A DNA stretch of 34,430 bases from an uncultured Eubacteriales bacterium (lineage in GTDB: Bacteria > Acidobacteriota > Aminicenantia > Aminicenantales > Aminicenantaceae): NCBI GenBank assembly GCA_964427225.1, contig CAYRTV010000001.1:1-34430 (forward strand), in the 5' to 3' direction. A program made the position numbers and the translations under genes. Each line of letters starts with the position of its first letter. Within the stretch, counting starts at the first letter, position 1. This document shows positions 17,630 through 27,663 of the stretch, in pieces. The notes beneath the pieces are model-generated. The model had not been told where the DNA came from and searched no databases. It worked only from the letters and a program-made list of their open reading frames with translations.

Positions 17630-20442
17630 CATTTGTTCCTCTAGCTACTTACCGGATCCAGTTCCATTCCGGCTTTGGTTTTCAAGCGGCGTCGGCTGTT
17701 CTTGAATATCTGCATCATTTGGGTATTTCCGATGTTTATGCATCCCCTATTTTCCAGGCGCGCAGCGGGAGCACACACGGGTACGATGTGGTTGATCCGG
17801 CCCGTATTAATCCGGAGCTGGGGAGCAGCCGCAGTTTTTCGGAGCTGCGAAAGAGAATCAAACGGCTGGAAATGGGGTGGATTCAAGATATTGTTCCCAA
17901 TCATATGGCTTTTCATCCGGAAAATAACCGTTTGATGGATGTTTTAGAAAAAGGCCCCAGCTCGGCTTATCATTCCTACTTTGATATTGACTGGGATCAT
18001 CCTTACCCTGGTTTGAATGGCCGGGTGCTGGCCCCATTTCTTGGGGAATTGTATGGTGAGGCCCTGGATGGCGGAGAGCTGGTCCTTAAATATTCAAATG
18101 GAAGATTGACCGTTCATTATTATGATTTAAGCTTTCCGCTTAAAATAGAATCCATGGCCGCTGTTTTTCAGCATAATCTGGAGGATTTAAAGCGAAAATT
18201 GGGAGAGGGACATCGTGACACAATCAGGTTTCTTGGAGTCCTGGAGCTGCTGGGATCTTTGAAATCCAGGAAAAAAAATCAGTCACAGATGAAGCAGCTG
18301 CATATGATCAAGGAGATGATCGAGGAACTTTATCAGGAAAACAAAACCGTCCGGGATCATATCAATAATAGCCTGAAGGATTTCAATCAAGCAGAGAGTT
18401 CAACTGTTCCCTATAAGGCTTTGAACGACCTGCTGAACCAGCAGTATTTCCGGCTAAGTTTTTGGAAAACCGCCATGGAAGAGATCAATTACCGGCGGTT
18501 TTTTAATATCAATGATCTCATATCCGTGAGGATGGAAGTTCACGGAGTCTTTGATGACAGCCACAAACTGATAAAGAAGTACATAGATGAGAATTTTTTT
18601 TCCGGGCTCCGGGTGGATCATATCGATGGGCTTTATCATCCCGGAAATTATCTGCGCCGCCTGCGCCGTATGGCCGGGAACCGGTACATTCTTGTTGAAA
18701 AAATCTTAGACGCGGATGAACACCTTCCTGATTTCTTTCCGGTCGAAGGCACCACCGGTTATGATTGGATGAACAAAGTCAACGGAATCTTTTGTGCGCA
18801 GGATGAGGAAGCCCGAATTGAAAAATTTTACCGGCGCTTCACCGGTTTGGAGCGGTCCTATTCCGAATTGGCTGCTGATAAGAAGCGTTTGATTATCGGA
18901 AAGAATATGGCAGGTGATATTGATAATCTTGCCCGCCGGCTGAAACATATAGCGGAAAAGCACCGCAGCGGCCAGGATTTTACCATGTACGGGTTAAAGC
19001 GGGCCCTGGTGGAAATACTGGCCCGTTTTTCCGTATACCGCAGCTATAATACCTCTGGTTCAGTGAGAGACTGCGACCGCGAAGTCGTCCGGAATGCCGT
19101 TCAAAACGCCGGCCGGTTTATTCCGGAAATGGTTCACGAGTGTTTGTTTATCCAGCAATGCCTGCTGATGGATTGGGATGAGAGCTGGGACAAAGAAATG
19201 CAGTGTGCGGGGGAAGAATTTTCCCTGAAATTTCAACAATATTCCGGCCCGGTTATGGCCAAAGGATTTGAAGATACCTTACTTTATGTTTACAATCCCC
19301 TGATCTCGCTGAATGAAGTCGGAGGAAATCCGAACCGGTTTGGAATGGATCTTTCTGCTTTTCATGCCTGGAACCGGGAAAGACAAAAAGAACAACCGTT
19401 TGCTTTAAATGCATCGGCGACCCATGATAATAAGCGGGGGGAAGATGTCCGGGCGCGGATCAACGTATTATCCGAAATGCCGGAAGCCTGGGACGCGAAA
19501 GTCAAAGGCTGGCACAAACTCAATCTTCCATTTAAATCCCGTACAAAACAGGGGATCGCGCCGGATGCCAACGATGAATATTTTCTTTATCAAACCTTGC
19601 TCGGAACCTATCCCTTTAAGGCCGGGGAGCATTCGCGGTACCGGGAAAGAATGAAGGAATACTTGATCAAAGCCGTTCGGGAAGCGAAAATCCATACCGC
19701 CTGGCTGCGTCCCGACCAGGATTACGAGCAGGCTTTTCTGGACTATTTCAAGGGCATTATTCGACCTAATTCGCCTTTTATGAAGGACTTTATTCCATTT
19801 CAGCGGCGGATTGCTTATTACGGAATATTTAATTCCCTTTCCCAAGTTGTGCTTAAAGTTCTGCTTCCCGGTATTCCGGATTTCTACCAGGGATGTGAAT
19901 TTTGGGATTTAAGCCTGGTTGATCCGGATAACCGCAGGCCGGTTGATTATGATTCCCGGAGGGAAAGCCTGCAAGAAGTCATGAGCCACAAAGACCGGCC
20001 TGGATTTTTGCGGCAATTGTGGAGAAACCGTGAAGATGGATTGATCAAGATGTTCTTGATCTGGATCACTCTGCGGATCCGCCGCGATTACCGGAAAGTA
20101 TTTGAAAAAGGAGAATATCTGCCGGCAACGGTAGCCGGGCCGCGAAAAAACAGTATAATAGCCTTTATGCGAACATTTAAAGAGCAGAGAATACTGGTGG
20201 CGGTTCCCAGAATGCTGACTGGAGTCGTCAATGAAAATCAAACCTTAGGGCAAGCGGATTGGCTGAATACGAGGATCATTCTGCCTGGTGATGAAATGGG
20301 GGGCTGGGTGAATCTTGTCACCGGACAAAGCGAAAATCTGCGGATGGAAGTGCCGGCGGAAGAGGCCTTTGCCTCTTTTCCGGCAGCGCTGTTCGGCAGC
20401 GAAAATCGTTCGCAGGATGAGAGGATAAGGGAGGCATCATGA
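17626..20442 (+). CDS. treY: Malto-oligosyltrehalose synthase (GH13_26)
   Basis: ATYRIQFHSGFGF...YLHHLGISDVYASPIFQARSGSTHGYDV N-terminus, GLRVDHIDGL, and ATHDNKRGEDVRARINVLSE are typical TreY. The GTG start overlaps the GH57 stop (GTGA). Confidence 0.9.
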   Translation: MTFVPLATYRIQFHSGFGFQAASAVLEYLHHLGISDVYASPIFQARSGSTHGYDVVDPARINPELGSSRSFSELRKRIKRLEMGWIQDIVPNHMAFHPENNRLMDVLEKGPSSAYHSYFDIDWDHPYPGLNGRVLAPFLGELYGEALDGGELVLKYSNGRLTVHYYDLSFPLKIESMAAVFQHNLEDLKRKLGEGHRDTIRFLGVLELLGSLKSRKKNQSQMKQLHMIKEMIEELYQENKTVRDHINNSLKDFNQAESSTVPYKALNDLLNQQYFRLSFWKTAMEEINYRRFFNINDLISVRMEVHGVFDDSHKLIKKYIDENFFSGLRVDHIDGLYHPGNYLRRLRRMAGNRYILVEKILDADEHLPDFFPVEGTTGYDWMNKVNGIFCAQDEEARIEKFYRRFTGLERSYSELAADKKRLIIGKNMAGDIDNLARRLKHIAEKHRSGQDFTMYGLKRALVEILARFSVYRSYNTSGSVRDCDREVVRNAVQNAGRFIPEMVHECLFIQQCLLMDWDESWDKEMQCAGEEFSLKFQQYSGPVMAKGFEDTLLYVYNPLISLNEVGGNPNRFGMDLSAFHAWNRERQKEQPFALNASATHDNKRGEDVRARINVLSEMPEAWDAKVKGWHKLNLPFKSRTKQGIAPDANDEYFLYQTLLGTYPFKAGEHSRYRERMKEYLIKAVREAKIHTAWLRPDQDYEQAFLDYFKGIIRPNSPFMKDFIPFQRRIAYYGIFNSLSQVVLKVLLPGIPDFYQGCEFWDLSLVDPDNRRPVDYDSRRESLQEVMSHKDRPGFLRQLWRNREDGLIKMFLIWITLRIRRDYRKVFEKGEYLPATVAGPRKNSIIAFMRTFKEQRILVAVPRMLTGVVNENQTLGQADWLNTRIILPGDEMGGWVNLVTGQSENLRMEVPAEEAFASFPAALFGSENRSQDERIREAS

Positions 20443-21935
20443 AAAGGAGAGCCGCCGGAATTTTAGCCCATATCACTTCGCTGCCTTCCCGCTATGGAAT
20501 CGGCGATTTGGGTCCGGGAGCTTATGCGTTTGCTGATTTTTTATCTCAGGCCGGGCAAAGCTGCTGGCAAATTCTTCCGATGAATCCCACTGATTCCGCC
20601 TATGACGATTCCCCTTATCACAGCGTCTCTGCTTTAGCGGCGAATCCCTTGATGATTAGTCCGGAAAAAATGATCGAGGAGGGCTGGCTGAGCCGGGAGG
20701 ATGTCCGTGATACTCCGGATTTTAATACTGGAAAAGTGATTTTTCCGCAGGTTCACGCCTATAAATCGTTGTTGTTTGAAAAAGCATTCCGTCATTTTCA
20801 AAAACGGCCGGCCCCGGCTGAATACGGGATTTTTTGTCGGAACAATAAGGCATGGCTGGATGATTATGCTTTATTTAGGGTGTTGAAACAAATGTATTCC
20901 TCTCAATCTTGGAACCGCTGGCCGGCGGAGTACCGGGACCGGGAACCGGAAGCCTTACAGCGATTGCGCCGGGATAAACAAACTGAGATCGAAAAAGAAA
21001 AATTTCTGCAGTATGTTTTCATGCGGCAATGGAACGAGCTTAAACGGTACTGCCGGGATAATAATATCAGTATAATCGGAGATTTGCCGATCTATGTGGA
21101 TTATGACAGTGCGGATGTTTGGTCCAACCCCGCTCATTTCAAGCTGGATGCGGAAAATCGCCCTCTTGCCGTTGCCGGTGTGCCGCCGGACTATTTCAGC
21201 CGGACTGGACAGTTATGGGGGAATCCTTTGTATGATTGGAATATCATGAGGCAAACCGGCTTTCAGTGGTGGATTAACCGGCTGGACCGGACTTTGGCGC
21301 TTTGCGATATAGTCCGTATCGATCATTTCCGGGGACTGGTGGCATACTGGGAGATCCCTGCTGCAGAAGATACTGCAGTCAATGGGAAATGGGTGAACGC
21401 TCCGGTTATGGATTTTTTTGACGCCCTGAGCAAACGGTATATTCATCTTCCTTTTATTGCCGAGGACCTAGGGACCATTACCCCTGATGTCAGGGAGGTT
21501 ATGCACCATTTCCGGCTTCCCGGAATGAAAGTGCTTTTGTTTGCTTTCGGAAATGATGACCCCCGTCATCCATACCTGCCGCATAATTATGAAAGAGATT
21601 ATGTGGCTTATACCGGTACCCATGACAATAATACCGTCCGGGGATGGTTTGAAAATGAAGCTGGAGACAGCGAGAAATCCAGACTGCAGCGCTATATCGG
21701 GAAGACCGTTGAATCAGACAGCGTTCATTGGGATCTTATCCGTATGGCCCTGTCGTCTGTAGCGGCGACTGTCATTATTCCGATGCAGGATATACTGGGA
21801 TTAGGAGAACCCGCCCGGATGAATCGCCCCGCCACTAACCGGGGCAATTGGAAATGGAGGATGAATTCCACGGATATAGAGACAGCGGTCAAGACACCGC
21901 TTAAGGAATACACCCGCATATACGGACGGATTTAA
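20439..21935 (+). CDS. malQ: 4-alpha-glucanotransferase (amylomaltase, GH77)
   Basis: GILAHITSLPSRYGIGDLG, WGNPLYDW, RIDHFRG, IAEDLG and GTHDNNT motifs. ATGA overlap with the treY stop. Confidence 0.93.
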   Translation: MKRRAAGILAHITSLPSRYGIGDLGPGAYAFADFLSQAGQSCWQILPMNPTDSAYDDSPYHSVSALAANPLMISPEKMIEEGWLSREDVRDTPDFNTGKVIFPQVHAYKSLLFEKAFRHFQKRPAPAEYGIFCRNNKAWLDDYALFRVLKQMYSSQSWNRWPAEYRDREPEALQRLRRDKQTEIEKEKFLQYVFMRQWNELKRYCRDNNISIIGDLPIYVDYDSADVWSNPAHFKLDAENRPLAVAGVPPDYFSRTGQLWGNPLYDWNIMRQTGFQWWINRLDRTLALCDIVRIDHFRGLVAYWEIPAAEDTAVNGKWVNAPVMDFFDALSKRYIHLPFIAEDLGTITPDVREVMHHFRLPGMKVLLFAFGNDDPRHPYLPHNYERDYVAYTGTHDNNTVRGWFENEAGDSEKSRLQRYIGKTVESDSVHWDLIRMALSSVAATVIIPMQDILGLGEPARMNRPATNRGNWKWRMNSTDIETAVKTPLKEYTRIYGRI

Positions 21936-21983
21936 TAAAGGAACAGCCCGTCTTAGAGTTGATCAGAGTGAAAGGAGTTCGCT

Positions 21984-23705
21984 ATGATTTCCCGCAGGAA
22001 TATCATGAAACCAAGAATTGTCTATTTGAGTATGGGAGCCTATTTGGAGTCTTATTTACCCACTTACAGCGGAGGACTCGAAGTGCTGGCTGGGGACATT
22101 TTACGTTCGTGTGCCGACCGAAGAATTCCGATTGCAGGTGTCATCCAGGCCAGTTCCAGCGGGTATTTCAGGCAGGGGATTGATGAAAACGGATGGCAGC
22201 AAGAGGTCCCCGTTCATTGGGCGCCGCAAAAGACCCTGCCCCGGATGCCTGAAACCGTCACTATTGAATATCATGGCCGCAAGCTTAAGGTGGGAGCAGA
22301 ATTATATTCAGTGACCGGCGCCACCGGGTTCAGAGTGCCCGTATATCTGCTGGATACTCATTTTGAGAGCAATGATGAGGATATGCGCCATATTACCGGT
22401 ATGCTGTATGACGCTGATGTTGAGAGAAGGCTGGCCCAGGAAAGTGTGCTGGGCCGGGCCGGCATCAAATTGATGAATCGATTAGGATCTGGAGAATTCC
22501 TTCTTCATATGAACGAAGGCCATGCGGCGTTGGGTCCTGTCCAGCTCATGGAAGGAAATGGATTGACATTGCAGGATGTAAGAAAACGCACGGTTTTCAC
22601 CACACATACACCGGTGCCGGCGGGGCATGATGTTTTCGACTATGGCTTAGCGCAGAATTTACTGGGAAATAGCTTCTTGTCCGATAAGATCAAAGGCTTG
22701 GCAGGCCGGGATCACATGAATATGACCCGCCTGGCCATCTCAACGAGCGGCTATATCAATGCGGTTTCCCGCCGGCATGCCGAAGTCTGCCGGGCGATGG
22801 ATATTTTTTCAGGCTGTAAAGTAGACTATCTCACCAATGGAATTCACCCGGATACCTGGGCGGCACCCCCGGTGCGGGATTTTTTTAATGATTATCTTCC
22901 GAATTGGCGGTTCGAGCCGGCTGTTTTTGAGAGAGCCCGCCATTCGATTCCCCTGGATGCTTTGGCGGAAGCCAAAGAAATGGCCAAACGCTACCTTGTG
23001 GGATTTTTAAATTCCGAATTGAATGTGGAATTTGATCAGGATGTTTTCACCATCGTTTGGGCCCGGCGCTTTACCGCCTATAAGCGACCGCTTCTCTTTT
23101 TTAGGGATTTGGACAAGCTGCACCAACTGGCGGAAAAACACGGAAGAATTCAGATTATTTTTTCAGGCAAAGCTCATCCCAATGATCATCATGGTAAAGA
23201 ATTGATTCAGCAGGTCATACGGAACAGCCGGGAATTGAAAAATAATGTGCGCTGTGCTTTTATTCCGGGCTATAATACTAAAATCGCCCGCCGCTTGCTC
23301 GGCGGAGCCGATGTCTGGCTGAACACGCCGCGGCGGCCTCTCGAAGCCTCCGGCACCTCCGGCATGAAAGCCGCCTTAAACGGCACCTTGAACCTCAGCT
23401 CCTATGACGGATGGATTGTGGAGGGATTAGACATGGCTCCGGATTCCATTTGGCTGGTCGGCCCTCAGTCCGATCAGGTCGTCCCTGTGAATGACAGAGA
23501 AAAAGATGATGCGGAAGATTCTCAGCGGATGTATGAGAGCTTGGAAGATCTGCTGATACTTTACTATCATTACCCCAAAGAAATGATCCGGCGGAGGGCA
23601 CGGGCCGTAAGCCTTGCTTCCTGGTTCAATACCGACCGTTTGGTCAGGGAATATGCGGATAAGGCCTGGCATTTATCCCCCCGCGAGTATTCCTGGTCTG
23701 GATAA
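21984..23705 (+). CDS. glgP: Alpha-glucan family phosphorylase (short GT35 / GlgP type)
   Basis: [41 protein letters not shown] and the PLP-lysine motif [23 protein letters not shown] lies 6 nt upstream of ATG 21984. Confidence 0.85.
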   Translation: MISRRNIMKPRIVYLSMGAYLESYLPTYSGGLEVLAGDILRSCADRRIPIAGVIQASSSGYFRQGIDENGWQQEVPVHWAPQKTLPRMPETVTIEYHGRKLKVGAELYSVTGATGFRVPVYLLDTHFESNDEDMRHITGMLYDADVERRLAQESVLGRAGIKLMNRLGSGEFLLHMNEGHAALGPVQLMEGNGLTLQDVRKRTVFTTHTPVPAGHDVFDYGLAQNLLGNSFLSDKIKGLAGRDHMNMTRLAISTSGYINAVSRRHAEVCRAMDIFSGCKVDYLTNGIHPDTWAAPPVRDFFNDYLPNWRFEPAVFERARHSIPLDALAEAKEMAKRYLVGFLNSELNVEFDQDVFTIVWARRFTAYKRPLLFFRDLDKLHQLAEKHGRIQIIFSGKAHPNDHHGKELIQQVIRNSRELKNNVRCAFIPGYNTKIARRLLGGADVWLNTPRRPLEASGTSGMKAALNGTLNLSSYDGWIVEGLDMAPDSIWLVGPQSDQVVPVNDREKDDAEDSQRMYESLEDLLILYYHYPKEMIRRRARAVSLASWFNTDRLVREYADKAWHLSPREYSWSG

Positions 23706-23733
23706 GTCATTGGTTCCGGTTTTGATTTGGGAG

Positions 23734-25281
23734 TCAATTGAAGCGTTTGGGCGGACGGCGGTGCAGTGTCGCCTGTTCATACGCATAGGCGATGCCCAGC
23801 AATTCAGGTTCCCCGAACCATTTTCCCACAATCTGCAGCCCTGCCGGGAGATCATTCCGGGTTAAACCCATCGGCACGGTTATAGCGGGAAGGCCGGTAT
23901 GGGGAGGGATCAATTGGCTGTTATCCCCCGCATGGCGGCGCGGTGCGGTGAGCTTATTAGGTGGAGAGTTCCAGGTGGGATAGACGATGACATCCACTTT
24001 TCGGGCCGACATCGCCTTTTCAACCGCTTTTCTGAATGCAATATTCTTTGGTTCCTCATAAATATTGCGGCATTGGGGTTCATCCCTCAGCGGCTCTTCC
24101 AAAGCCCGGTACAAACGTTCTCTTATGTAAAGTGAAAATTTACCGGAATTATATACATCGGTCAGGGTCTGCACCGGCGCGGCTGGGCTTACGGACTGGA
24201 AATATTCGTTCACATCATGGCGAAAGGTATTGCACCACAGGTTTTTGGTCAATTCTCCGAAATCCGGAATTTTAAACGGGTCCACCAGCACTGCCCCTTG
24301 AGCCTCCATATCTATAAGGGCCTGTTCAAACAGGTTTTTTATCTCTTTGTCGGCGTAGGGGAGATTGGTATAAAAACGAAAAACCCCAACGTGGATACCC
24401 TGCAGAGCGTCTGTTTTCAAAAGAGAAAGATAAGAGTCGGGAATATGTCCTTCAGCGTATTCCGTAATGGGATCAGCCGGGTCAGTGCCGGCTATGGCAT
24501 CCAGGACCCGCGCCGTATCTTCTACGGTTCTTGTCATAGGCCCTCCGATGTCGTTTCGCAGATACAGGGGAATGATGCCGTCCCGGCTGGTCAGCCCCAT
24601 CGTGGAGCGAAGGCCGACCAGGCAGCAATGGGAAGAGGGCCCCCGTATGGAATTGCCGGTGTCCGTTCCCAACCCGACTGTTCCGAAGTTGGCGGCGACA
24701 GCCGCAGCGGTGCCGCCGCTGGAACCTGCCGGCACCCTGGACAGGTCATAGGGATTGCGGGTAATGCCGGTGATTGAGCTTTGTGTCTGATAAGGACTGA
24801 AAGCCCATTCGGCCATATTTGATTTGGCCAGGATTATGGCACCGGCTTCCCTGACTTTTTTGACCTGATAGGCGTCATCTGGAGGAATGAAGCCGGCCAG
24901 GGCTTCCGAGCCGGCGCTTGTCTGCATGTCTTTCGTTTCGTAATTGTCTTTAACGATAACCGGGATGCCGTGCAGCGGACGCAGCCGGCCGGTTTCCTGA
25001 AATTCCCGGTCCAGCTGTTCGGCGGCAGCCAAGGCATTGGGATTGACCACAATCAAGGCATTTAATTGGGAGCGCTGATCGTATCTTTCGATGCGGTCGA
25101 GGTAAATTTGCGTCAATTCCCTGAAAGTCAATTCTCCATTTTCAACAGCCTGATGGATGTCGGAAATGGATATGTCTATAACGGAAAACCGGCCGTCTTC
25201 CGGCTGCGGGCGGCAGCCGCTTAATATAAAAACCAGCATTGCAGCGGCAACACTGATCTGGAATGGCAAATGCTTTATCAT
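23734..25281 (-). CDS. Amidase-signature family amidase, predicted lipoprotein
   Basis: Amidase-signature Gly/Ser-rich motif [14 protein letters not shown] and the upstream KDN...T.AGS region. Lipobox LSGC after a hydrophobic N-terminus. SD AAGGAG upstream of the ATG. Confidence 0.85.
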   Translation of the reverse strand: MIKHLPFQISVAAAMLVFILSGCRPQPEDGRFSVIDISISDIHQAVENGELTFRELTQIYLDRIERYDQRSQLNALIVVNPNALAAAEQLDREFQETGRLRPLHGIPVIVKDNYETKDMQTSAGSEALAGFIPPDDAYQVKKVREAGAIILAKSNMAEWAFSPYQTQSSITGITRNPYDLSRVPAGSSGGTAAAVAANFGTVGLGTDTGNSIRGPSSHCCLVGLRSTMGLTSRDGIIPLYLRNDIGGPMTRTVEDTARVLDAIAGTDPADPITEYAEGHIPDSYLSLLKTDALQGIHVGVFRFYTNLPYADKEIKNLFEQALIDMEAQGAVLVDPFKIPDFGELTKNLWCNTFRHDVNEYFQSVSPAAPVQTLTDVYNSGKFSLYIRERLYRALEEPLRDEPQCRNIYEEPKNIAFRKAVEKAMSARKVDVIVYPTWNSPPNKLTAPRRHAGDNSQLIPPHTGLPAITVPMGLTRNDLPAGLQIVGKWFGEPELLGIAYAYEQATLHRRPPKRFN

Positions 25282-25419
25282 GAGCTAATCTCCTTCATCC
25301 AAAAAAAAGCAACCGGCCCTTTGTTACGGATTGTAACAGCCTTGTATTATTCATCTTTACGTATTATACATAAAAGTTCCGAATCTTATAATCAGCATCC
25401 CATGTTCAACTGTTTCCTT

Positions 25420-25448
25420 TTGACATTCCTGCGGATGTGTGCTCTAAT
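25420..25448 (+). promoter_or_regulatory. Candidate sigma70-type promoter of the mrp-like operon
   Basis: TTGACA (25420-25425), 17-nt spacer, TCTAAT (25443-25448), located 70 nt upstream of the mrpE ATG. Confidence 0.45.
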
Positions 25449-25517
25449 ACGTCGTTTCATGGTGACGTTTTTTGCCATGAAACCATCAATTTAATATGAG
25501 ATCAAACAGACGGCATC

Positions 25518-26078
25518 ATGATGAAACGGGCTTATATCAAGGATACCTTAGTGCAGTTTGCGGTGCTGTTTGGTTTGTGGCTGGTATTGAGCGGTCATTA
25601 CGATCTCTTCCATATCACAGCCGGGCTGTTCTCCGCTCTGCTGGTATCATTGCTGCATGTGCGGCTGAATAATTATCTTTTCTACCGGGAAAAATTCATC
25701 CGGGAGAATCCCATAAGTTATTTGAGGCTGGTTCTCTATGTCCCCTGGCTTATTGGAGAGATCATATTAGCGAGTTTACAAGTGGCTTGTTTAGTCCTTC
25801 ATCCCCGGGTGCCGGTTGACCCATGCCTGATTCGATTCCGAGCGGATCTTCCCAATGCCGCGGCCCGGGTTATACTTGGTAATTCCATTACCTTGACCCC
25901 GGGGACTTTGACCGTAAAAGTGGAGGGGGACACCTTTTTGGTACATGCCTTGACGGAGGCGTCGGCGGCGGCCATCAAGGATGGATCGCTTCCCGGCAAA
26001 GTCGCTTGGCTTTACCGCCATTCTCCCGCGGATGTGGTCAGGGATTTTGAAATTCATAAGACAACCAGGAATTTGTAA
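25518..26078 (+). CDS. mrpE: Na+/H+ antiporter subunit E (MrpE/MnhE; MbhA-like)
   Basis: FAVLFGLWLVLSGHYDLFHITAGL and GNSITLTPGTL are typical MnhE motifs. First gene of the cluster. Confidence 0.85.
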   Translation: MMKRAYIKDTLVQFAVLFGLWLVLSGHYDLFHITAGLFSALLVSLLHVRLNNYLFYREKFIRENPISYLRLVLYVPWLIGEIILASLQVACLVLHPRVPVDPCLIRFRADLPNAAARVILGNSITLTPGTLTVKVEGDTFLVHALTEASAAAIKDGSLPGKVAWLYRHSPADVVRDFEIHKTTRNL

Positions 26079-26347
26079 TGCACGAATGTTTTATTGTTCT
26101 AGCTGTTATTTTGACGGTGGTCATTTTTATTCCGCTTTACCGGGTTTTAACCGGTCCCAATCTGGTTGACAGAATGCTGGGAGCCGGAGCCATCGGCACA
26201 AAAACCATGGTTCTGATCCTGGTAATCGGATTTATTTTCGGCCGGGTGGAAATGTTTATTGATATCACCCTGGCCTATGCCATGCTGAATTTTATCGGTG
26301 TGATCGCTGTCGCTAAATATTTAGGGATTCGGGCGAGGTACAGATGA
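26078..26347 (+). CDS. mrpF: Na+/H+ antiporter subunit F (MrpF/MnhF; MbhB-like)
   Basis: LYRVLTGPNLVDRMLGAGAIGTKT, an MnhF motif. TAATG overlap with mrpE. Confidence 0.85.
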   Translation: MHECFIVLAVILTVVIFIPLYRVLTGPNLVDRMLGAGAIGTKTMVLILVIGFIFGRVEMFIDITLAYAMLNFIGVIAVAKYLGIRARYR

Positions 26348-26670
26348 TAGGATTGATGCATATTTTTGGGCTCGTTACTGTCAGCGCCGGAGTTTTTTTT
26401 CTCATGATCGGCAGTATCGGATTGATTCGGCTGCCGGATTTTTATGCCCGCAGCCATGCTACCGGCAAATCCGACACTTTGGGCGTGATGCTTGTCATAT
26501 TAGGATTGATCATGTTTGAAGGCTTTACTTTCAACAGCTTGAAATTATTGCTGATCATAGGATTTGTGGGCTTGACCAACCCAACCGCCGCCCATGCTCT
26601 GGCTCGGGCGGCTTTTCAGTTTGGAAAAAAACCGCGGTTTATCAAGGCCGGGAAAAAAGGAAACCGGTAA
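26344..26670 (+). CDS. mrpG: Na+/H+ antiporter subunit G (MrpG/MnhG; MbhC-like)
   Basis: GSIGLIRLPDFYARSHATGKSDTLG, an MnhG motif. ATGA overlap. Confidence 0.87.
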   Translation: MIGLMHIFGLVTVSAGVFFLMIGSIGLIRLPDFYARSHATGKSDTLGVMLVILGLIMFEGFTFNSLKLLLIIGFVGLTNPTAAHALARAAFQFGKKPRFIKAGKKGNR

Positions 26671-26915
26671 TGCATATTGAACTGGAGATTGTCCTGTTTA
26701 TTGTACTGATTGTTGCCTCCTTTATTTCTTTATCCGTCCGGAATCTTTTAACCGCAGTCGTGACCCTGAATGTGTTCAGTTTCATTTCCGCTCTCCTGTA
26801 TGTGGCCATGGGAGCGGTGGATGTGGGCTTCACGGAGGCCGTCGTCGGCGGCGGAGTCACCGGAGTCCTGCTGGTGGTAATGATTTTCAAAACAACACGA
26901 AGGAGTTCGGATTGA
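26670..26915 (+). CDS. DUF4040 membrane protein (MbhD-like; equivalent to part of the MrpA C-terminal region)
   Basis: 81 aa, about 3 TM helices, with GAVDVGFTEAVVGGGVTGVLLV typical of DUF4040. TAATG overlap. Confidence 0.75.
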   Translation: MHIELEIVLFIVLIVASFISLSVRNLLTAVVTLNVFSFISALLYVAMGAVDVGFTEAVVGGGVTGVLLVVMIFKTTRRSSD

Positions 26916-27229
26916 AACTTTTCAATATCACCATATTGGCTTTATTTGCCGGGCTGATGATTGCGGCTTCTTTCGGGCTTCCGGGCAGGGGAGAACTGCA
27001 GGCGCCGGTCAATCAGGAAGTGAGTCCCGCCGGCACCCGAAATGCGGCGGCTTATTACATAGAACATGCATACCATGACACACACAGCCCGAATATGGTC
27101 ACGGCTGTACTGGCGGATTACAGAGGCTATGATACTTTGGGCGAGGAAACGGTCATTTTGACGGCGGGGTTGATATGTTTTTTGCTGCTTAGGCAAAGGC
27201 GGAACCATAAAGGGGACAAGTCAGCATGA
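26912..27229 (+). CDS. MnhB-related small membrane subunit (MbhE-like)
   Basis: The ADYRGYDTLGEETVILTAGL motif is shared by MnhB-domain proteins. The TTG start overlaps the preceding stop. Confidence 0.7.
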   Translation: MKLFNITILALFAGLMIAASFGLPGRGELQAPVNQEVSPAGTRNAAAYYIEHAYHDTHSPNMVTAVLADYRGYDTLGEETVILTAGLICFLLLRQRRNHKGDKSA

Positions 27230-27663
27230 GACGCTATGAGCGCAATCCGATTCCTACTCTAATCAGCGTCATTATCACGCCGGTTATTATGTTGTTTGCT
27301 CTTTATATCATTTTCCATGGCCATTATAGTCCGGGGGGCGGATTTCAGGGAGGAACCATGCTGGCAGCGGGGATCATTCTGATCCGCCTGGTGTTCGGAA
27401 ACCGCATAGGCCAAATGCACTTTGATCGCCGTCTTTCGACTCCGCTGGGAGCATTGGGCGTCTTCATTTATTTCGTCACCGGCCTTAGTGCAATGTTTTT
27501 CGGCAGCCGTTTTCTGGATTATCAGGTCATCCCATTGGCCTCAGAAGCTTTTCAGCGGCGTTCCCTGGGCATTCTCCTGGTTGAAATCGGAGTCGGACTG
27601 GCGGTTATGGCTATTCTGGTCGGCATCTTCGATGACCTGCTGGAGGGGAGGCCGGATGATTGA
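27226..27663 (+). CDS. mrpB: Na+/H+ antiporter subunit B (MrpB/MnhB; MbhF-like)
   Basis: FHGHYSPGGGFQGG, the MnhB signature. ATGA overlap. Confidence 0.85.
   Translation: MRRYERNPIPTLISVIITPVIMLFALYIIFHGHYSPGGGFQGGTMLAAGIILIRLVFGNRIGQMHFDRRLSTPLGALGVFIYFVTGLSAMFFGSRFLDYQVIPLASEAFQRRSLGILLVEIGVGLAVMAILVGIFDDLLEGRPDD

Noticed and set aside
24217-24777. 186-aa plus-strand ORF (and the 94-aa ORF at 24467-24751)
   Set aside because: Both are antisense to the amidase-signature core of the minus-strand amidase. Their Gly/Arg/Pro-rich composition reflects the opposite-strand codons.
25449-25517. Possible riboswitch (for example ion-responsive) in the mrp leader
   Set aside because: The leader is only about 65 nt, and I cannot match it by eye to any known riboswitch consensus. 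It is kept only as a generic hairpin or operator finding until a covariance-model scan is run.
27422-27655. N-terminal 78 codons of the 204-aa track ORF (27422-28036)
   Set aside because: This part overlaps mrpB in another frame. The MnhC/NuoK-like sequence only begins at ATG 27656, which overlaps the mrpB stop codon.
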